A stretch of DNA of 51,909 nt. Origin: Deltaproteobacteria bacterium. GTDB taxonomy: Bacteria > Myxococcota_A > UBA9160 > SMWR01. The DNA lies in the NCBI GenBank assembly GCA_032128115.1, contig JAQBHB010000112.1:1-51909 (forward strand). The letters are read 5' to 3'. Both the position numbers and the translations under genes were made by a program. This document shows, in pieces, positions 46,626 through 51,909 of this stretch. The number at the start of each line of letters is the position of its first letter. Positions within the stretch are counted from its first letter, which is position 1. Under the pieces are notes generated by a model, which made no database searches, was not told where the DNA came from, and saw only the letters and a list, made by a program, of their open reading frames with translations.

Positions 46626-48125
46626 TCAGTGGAGACGCCCCGACCAGGACGAAGCGGCAGCCGAGCGAGGCCGCTCCGCGTCGTCGCCGTCGTGCTCCGG
46701 GAGGGGCAGGTCGAGCGCGGCCACCAGTCGGTCGACCCGCTCTTCCTGTCGCAGTCGCCGCAGGGCCCGCGCCTCGATCTGGCGCACGCGCTCGCGCGAG
46801 AGCCCGATGCGTTCGCCGATCTCCGCCAGCGTCAGCGGGTCGCCGCCGCCCAGGCCGAAGCGCCACTCGAGAATCTCGGACTCCCGCGGCTCAAGGTTGG
46901 ACAGCAGCCCCTCGAGAGCACGGCGCACCTGGAAGTGGTCGATGCTCTCGATGGGGTCCACGGCGTGTTCGTCGGCGATGGCATCTTCCAACGTGAACTC
47001 GTCCGTCCCCGGTAGCGTGGCCTGGGTCGAGACGATGGGCTTCATGCTGGTAACGATGCGATCCACCGCCTCCATGTCGACCTGCAGGGCCTCTGCCATC
47101 TCGGCGCGCCGGGGCACGCGTCCCAGACGCTGCCGCAGCTCGAGCTGGGCGCGCCGATAGCGCAGCTGCAACTCGTAGATGTGCGACGGCACCCGCACCG
47201 TGCGCGACGAGTTCTGGATGGCGCGAATCAGCGCCTGCTCGATCCACCACACCGCGTACGTGGAGAACTTGAAGCCCCGCCGGTAGTCGAATTTCTCGAC
47301 GGCGCGGATCAGCCCCAGGTTGCCCTCCTGGATCAGGTCGATGTAGGGAACGCCCATGTTCCGGTAGCGCTTGGCGTTCTTCACCACGAGCTTGAGGTTG
47401 TGGCTGGTGAAGATCTGCTTGGTCTCCTCGAGCTTCGCCAGGGCGCTATCGGCTCGCGCCATGTGCGCCCGGGCCGACGGCAGGCCCAGCCCCAGGCGCC
47501 GGCGCTCCAGTGCCGACGCACTCCCGCGCGGCGCGCCGCACAGCACGCGGAACTGCTTGTAGATGTCCACGAGCAATTCGAAGGAGATGCCTGCGGAGCC
47601 CAGCACGGCGCTGATCTCCGCATCCACCTGGTTGCGTCGCCGATCCGCGCGGCCGCTGCGGGTCAGGGCCAGAGCCTCGCGCTCGGTCACGAACTCTTCG
47701 AGCCGGGTCAGGCTCTCATCGATCTCGCGTCCGTAGTCCCGGCCGCTGCCGTCGCGGAAGCCCGCGGACAGGGCAGCGGTCACGTGGCCGGTGCGCCGAC
47801 GCTCGTGCCAGCGGGCCAGCACCTCGCGAGCCGTGGCGGGCATCGCCACCAGGGCGCCCCGGAAGGCCAGGGACTCCGCCTCGATGGTGCGGGCCAGTTC
47901 GTAGCTTTCTTCCCTGCTCAGGACCGGGATCGACGCGATCGAACGGATGTAGTGGTGCAGGGTGTCGCCCCCCTCCCCGGTCACCGTTCGCGCATTGCGC
48001 CTGGCGCGCGGGGCCGCTCCCGCGGGCGAGGCCTCCTGGGTAGGAGTTGCCCGCCCGGGTCCTTCATTGGGGGCGTCGCCTTCGGCTCGGTCTCGATCCC
48101 TGGGGTCCCTGTCGAATTCGCTCAC
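46626..48125 (-). CDS. RpoD/RpoS-family sigma70 factor lacking a clear acidic region 1.1
   Basis: DTLHHYIRSI (1.2), NLKLVV, DLIQEGNLGLIRAVEKFD, FSTYAVWWI, SRERVRQIE. Confidence 0.92.
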   Translation of the reverse strand: MSEFDRDPRDRDRAEGDAPNEGPGRATPTQEASPAGAAPRARRNARTVTGEGGDTLHHYIRSIASIPVLSREESYELARTIEAESLAFRGALVAMPATAREVLARWHERRRTGHVTAALSAGFRDGSGRDYGREIDESLTRLEEFVTEREALALTRSGRADRRRNQVDAEISAVLGSAGISFELLVDIYKQFRVLCGAPRGSASALERRRLGLGLPSARAHMARADSALAKLEETKQIFTSHNLKLVVKNAKRYRNMGVPYIDLIQEGNLGLIRAVEKFDYRRGFKFSTYAVWWIEQALIRAIQNSSRTVRVPSHIYELQLRYRRAQLELRQRLGRVPRRAEMAEALQVDMEAVDRIVTSMKPIVSTQATLPGTDEFTLEDAIADEHAVDPIESIDHFQVRRALEGLLSNLEPRESEILEWRFGLGGGDPLTLAEIGERIGLSRERVRQIEARALRRLRQEERVDRLVAALDLPLPEHDGDDAERPRSAAASSWSGRLH

Positions 48126-48249
48126 GCTTGCCCTCGCTCGGCGGCCCCTTGGGCGCCACTTTCTCGGACCGTCGATTCAAGACCGTTGGACGCCGCCCGG
48201 GTCCGGTTGGTTCATTGCCGGATCTCCCGAGGTTCGGGGCGGAGTAGGG

Positions 48250-48265
48250 AGCAAATCCCGTGCCG
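48250..48265 (-). promoter_or_regulatory. Putative sigma54 (-24/-12) promoter of the sigma factor gene
   Basis: Minus strand CGGCAC-GGGAT-TTGCT with GG-N10-GC spacing. Confidence 0.55.
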
Positions 48266-48543
48266 TCCCCGCAGGGACCGGAAACGGCACGAGAAGGCCT
48301 CTCGGGGCCCGAGCGCCACCAGGAGACGACGCTCGGGCGCAGCCGAGAGAATGCAGGGGGCACCTGTTTGCCGAAATAGTCCCAGGGGAATTCCGACTCG
48401 ACAATTGGTGCATAGTCGGCCGATGGCGACGGGATCGATGCGCAGCCCCTCGAGCGGACCCAACTCGCCCTCGATCCGGGCGATGCAGATTCTATCGCTC
48501 AGGCGACTTGCAGGGCCCCGGATTGCGGCGCTATCTGCCCGGA

Positions 48544-49452
48544 ATGCGTCAACGAATACGGCTTTCCAGTGTTTTCGTCAGCCTGATCGTGCTGGGGCTC
48601 GCCGCCCTGCCCGCCAGCGCCGCCGCGCCCGAGGAGAGAATCGAGCTGGAGACCGGCGAGGTGATCATCGGCCAGGTGATCGAGCGAACCGAGGAGGTGG
48701 TGGTGATCGAACACCCGGTGTTCGGCCGGCTCACCCTGCCCGTCGACCGGATCAAGCCGAAGAAACCGGCGAATCCGGGCCTGTTCGGCACCGGCTTCCT
48801 CGAGGGCTGGACGCGCTCGATCAGCCTGGGCTTCAACGGCAAGCAGGGATCTTCCGTGTCCAGCAACATCACGGCGGGACTGAACGGAAGCTATTCGGAT
48901 CCCACCACGGGCTGGCGGTTCTCGGCCCGCTGGTTCTACCAGGATGGTGACGACGAAGACGGCGAGAACAATGCCACGGTGCGCCTCACCCGCGACTGGC
49001 TGAATCCCGAGAAGATCTGGTTCAGCTACGCCGGATTCACCTTCGACTACGATGCCTTCGAATCGTGGCGGCAGCGCACCAGCGCCACCGTAGGCCCCGG
49101 CTGGCATCTGATGAAACGAGAGACCTTCTCACTCGACTTCCGCACCGGCGTCAACTACACGCGCGAATTCGGCGATCGCCAGATCAACAAGATGGATCTG
49201 CCGATCACCTTCGACCTGACCTGGGTGCCCACCGAGGGCCAGAAGGTCACCGCGGGCAACACCCTGTTCGCGGAAATGACCGACCTGGGCGAGTTCCGGA
49301 ACGTGACGACGATCGATTGGACCATTGCCCTCAGCTCCCGCTATCCGTTGTCTCTCAAGATCGGAGCCAACAACGAGTACGAATCGTCCGTCGAGGCTGG
49401 CGACCAGAACAACGACCTGCGGTACTACGGCGCCGTGGCCCTGGATTTCTAG
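48544..49452 (+). CDS. DUF481-like outer-membrane beta-barrel protein
   Basis: Signal peptide, alternating beta strands, VGPGWHL, C-terminal YGAVALDF. Confidence 0.8.
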   Translation: MRQRIRLSSVFVSLIVLGLAALPASAAAPEERIELETGEVIIGQVIERTEEVVVIEHPVFGRLTLPVDRIKPKKPANPGLFGTGFLEGWTRSISLGFNGKQGSSVSSNITAGLNGSYSDPTTGWRFSARWFYQDGDDEDGENNATVRLTRDWLNPEKIWFSYAGFTFDYDAFESWRQRTSATVGPGWHLMKRETFSLDFRTGVNYTREFGDRQINKMDLPITFDLTWVPTEGQKVTAGNTLFAEMTDLGEFRNVTTIDWTIALSSRYPLSLKIGANNEYESSVEAGDQNNDLRYYGAVALDF

Positions 49453-49454
49453 CC

Positions 49455-49484
49455 GTGGGGCCCGCTCTCGCGAGCGGGCCCCAC
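49455..49484. terminator. Stem-loop after the DUF481-like gene
   Basis: GTGGGGCCCGCTC-TCGC-GAGCGGGCCCCAC perfect 13-bp stem. Confidence 0.6.
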
Positions 49485-49553
49485 CCCGTTGCACCATCTC
49501 CTATACTCGGTCGGCTGCCGTAGCTCCTGCCAGGCTCCGGATGCAGGTGGCCG

Positions 49554-50699
49554 ATGTTTCGAGAAGAGCGCGCCCTCCAGCTCGTTGAACTCCTGTATGC
49601 CGGGGCGGTAGAGACCACCGCCTGGGAGGTCTTCGTCGAGCACCTGTCGGAGGCCTTCGGCGGCGCGGCCGTGGCCCTGTCGATCCAGCTCCCCGATGGC
49701 CCCCGGCGCGAACCCTTCACGTTCGGCTTCGTGGAGGGTTACGAGGAGATCTGGGACAAGCACCTGGAGCAGGGGCTGCCCTGGGGATCGTTTCTCGACG
49801 ACCAGTTCAAGGGCCGCTTCGCCTTCGCCAGCGAGAATTTCCCGGACGAGGACCTGCCCGCCACGGCCTTCTGCCGGGAGTTCATGCAGCCCCAGGGTCT
49901 GTGTCCCGAGGCGCCCCTGGTGCACCTGATCTGCAACGCGCCGGGCAGCCCGCTCTCCGGGCTCGCGATCTACCGGCGCGAGGGTTGCCGCGCCTTTACC
50001 GATGACGACCTGCGGCTGGGCAATCTGCTGGTACCCCATCTCTCGCGCGCCTTTGCCGTCTACAGCCGTTTCGGCGGCGTCAGTCACGAGCGCAGCGCCC
50101 TGGCCGAAGTGCTCGACCGGCTGCCCCTGGGCGTGATCCTGGTGGACCGGCGCCATCAACCGGTGGTCATGAACCGCACGGCGGAGCAGATTGCCACCCT
50201 CGAAGACGGCTTCGTACTGACGCCCGAGGGCCCGCGCGCGCGCGACCCGCGGGAAGACCGGGCCCTGCACGGCTATCTGGAAGAGGTGGTGGCCATCCAG
50301 GGCCTGGGGCACGGCGCGAACCACGTGATGTCCATCTCGCGCCCGTCGGGCAAGCGCAGTTATCCGGTGGTGGTGGCGCCCCTGCTGGGGCCGATCGGCG
50401 GCAGCACCGATCGCGAATCCGTGGCCGTGGTGTTCATCGCCGACCCGGAGGCCACCGAGACCACCGCGATCGACTTCCTCCAGACCCTCTACCAGCTCAC
50501 CCCGGCCGAAGCCGAGCTGGTGGCGCTGCTGGCGGCCGGGCGATCGCTGGAGGAGGCGGCCCAGGAGCGCGGCGTCACCCTGCACACGGTGCGCAGCCAG
50601 CTGAAGCACGTGTTCGCGAAGACCGACACCCGACGCCAGGGCGAACTGGTGCGGCTCGTGTTGAGTGGACTGGCGGGGATCCAGAACGATCGGGAATAG
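49554..50699 (+). CDS. LuxR-type HTH regulator with GAF/PAS-like N-terminus
   Basis: LDRLPLGVILVD (PAS-like); LTPAEAELVALLAAGRSLEEAA...TVRSQLKHVFAKT. Confidence 0.9.
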   Translation: MFREERALQLVELLYAGAVETTAWEVFVEHLSEAFGGAAVALSIQLPDGPRREPFTFGFVEGYEEIWDKHLEQGLPWGSFLDDQFKGRFAFASENFPDEDLPATAFCREFMQPQGLCPEAPLVHLICNAPGSPLSGLAIYRREGCRAFTDDDLRLGNLLVPHLSRAFAVYSRFGGVSHERSALAEVLDRLPLGVILVDRRHQPVVMNRTAEQIATLEDGFVLTPEGPRARDPREDRALHGYLEEVVAIQGLGHGANHVMSISRPSGKRSYPVVVAPLLGPIGGSTDRESVAVVFIADPEATETTAIDFLQTLYQLTPAEAELVALLAAGRSLEEAAQERGVTLHTVRSQLKHVFAKTDTRRQGELVRLVLSGLAGIQNDRE

Positions 50700-50736
50700 T
50701 CCCGGGCGCGCCCAACCGCGAGGAGAACCGAGAACC

Positions 50737-51909
50737 ATGAGCGAGGCACTGCCCGAGGCCCACCCGGCTGGGACCGACCAGGTGAAGGTCGCGATGAACG
50801 CGATCTACAATTGGAGCTACGAGCCCGAGATCGACCAGCTGCGCACGCTGTACGCGAACGCCCTGGAGCGCCAGTGGATCGCCCTGCGCGATCTGGACTG
50901 GGAGCAGGGGATCGACAAAGAGGCCTTCACCCGCGACGTCTCGGTGGGCGGGCTGCCGGTGTCGGAGACGAAGTTCTGGCAGTCGCTCCCGGCCGACACC
51001 CAGTGGGAGATCGCCAGGCGCTCCACGTCGTTCATGCTTTCGAACTTCCTGCACGGCGAGCAGGGAGCCCTGATGGTGGCCGCCCAGCTGGTCAATGCCG
51101 TGCCCCACATGGACGGCAAGTTCTACGCCTCGACCCAGACGCTGGACGAGGCTCGCCACGTGGAGGTGTTTGCGGCCTACGTGCGAATGCTCGACGAAGT
51201 GCACGGCATCGCACCGGGGCTCAAGCAGCTGCTGGACAACGTGCTCGGCACCGACGATTGGATGCACAAGGCCGTGGGCATGCAGGTGGTGACGGAGGGC
51301 CTGGCACTCTACGTATTCCGCGACATGCGGAACCAGACCCAGGAGCCGTTGCTGAAGCAACTGCTCACCCTGGTTTCGCGCGACGAGGCGCGACACACGG
51401 GCTACGGCATCAAATACCTGTCCGCCGTGGCGCCCACGTTGACGGAGAAGGAGCGCGCCGACGTGGAGGATTTCGCCTACGAATCCGCGCGCCTGATCAT
51501 CGACACCCGGGCCGGCACCACCATACGCGACGAATTGCTCTCGCTCTGGAGCAAAGCGGGCATCGACCCGGCCGACGCTCTGAAGGCGTTGAGCGAGGAG
51601 CGCGAGCACATTGCCGAAATCCTGCAGCGACGGGGCAGTGGCCGCATGGGACCCATCAGCGGCTTCGTGATCCCCACCCTCAAGGCCATCGGCCTCTACA
51701 GCGATCGCATCGCCGGGCATTTCAGCGGGATGTTCGAGGCCAACTTCGGGCCCGAGACGTCGCGCCGCATCCGCGAGTCGACGCTCGAGATGCCCGAAGA
51801 CCTGGAACAGGTGTTCGAGCGCGTCGAGCTCCACCTGTTCCCGGTCTCGGAGGAGGACCTGGTGACCGATTGCTCTTGTCCCGACTGGTCGAACCCGTGC
51901 AAGCACATC
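50737..51909 (+). CDS. Ferritin-like diiron protein (AurF-like) running in frame into a SWIM zinc finger; 3' truncated by window edge
   Basis: AGGAG RBS; FLHGEQGAL, DEARHVEVF, EGLAL, RDEARH, then DCSCPDWSNPCKHI at the end; absent from the ORF track because it has no stop. Confidence 0.85.
   Translation, partial: MSEALPEAHPAGTDQVKVAMNAIYNWSYEPEIDQLRTLYANALERQWIALRDLDWEQGIDKEAFTRDVSVGGLPVSETKFWQSLPADTQWEIARRSTSFMLSNFLHGEQGALMVAAQLVNAVPHMDGKFYASTQTLDEARHVEVFAAYVRMLDEVHGIAPGLKQLLDNVLGTDDWMHKAVGMQVVTEGLALYVFRDMRNQTQEPLLKQLLTLVSRDEARHTGYGIKYLSAVAPTLTEKERADVEDFAYESARLIIDTRAGTTIRDELLSLWSKAGIDPADALKALSEEREHIAEILQRRGSGRMGPISGFVIPTLKAIGLYSDRIAGHFSGMFEANFGPETSRRIRESTLEMPEDLEQVFERVELHLFPVSEEDLVTDCSCPDWSNPCKHI

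Noticed and set aside
50575..51906. Minus-strand 443-aa ORF
   Set aside because: Antisense shadow of the plus-strand diiron protein gene

Overview
High-GC bacterial window; the gene content suggests a diderm, Myxococcota/deltaproteobacteria-like organism (inference only). Ordinary genes lie at both ends: lipocalin, groESL, MscS, ECF sigma, two TetR-P450 modules, RecQ, Tat phosphoesterase plus Omp85, Ap4A phosphorylase, a hybrid kinase, a sigma70-family factor and a diiron protein. Between two paralogous HtrA/Deg proteases (3901-5436 and 21204-22748) sits an accessory block of about 16 kb. Its centrepiece is an operon of a type III polyketide synthase, a REC-HTH response regulator, a 1569-aa MMPL/RND transporter fused in frame to a membrane-GAF-histidine kinase, and a LolA-like protein, with a divergent degenerate enhancer-binding protein. 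This is a candidate lipid-signal make/export/sense system. Immediately to its left is what looks like a collapsed second copy of the same island. Its interior has been replaced by an integrase-less integron cassette array (three complete attC sites), joined at a G|TTRRRY-like site inside the duplicated regulator gene. The block also holds many broken toxin-antitoxin relics (RelE-like, ParD/MNT chimera, HepT, HicAB, Fic, NTase). At the right edge a diiron ferritin-like ORF runs in frame into a SWIM zinc finger. No rRNA, tRNA, CRISPR array, integrase or transposase was recognised. All family assignments come from motif recognition by eye, not database searches.
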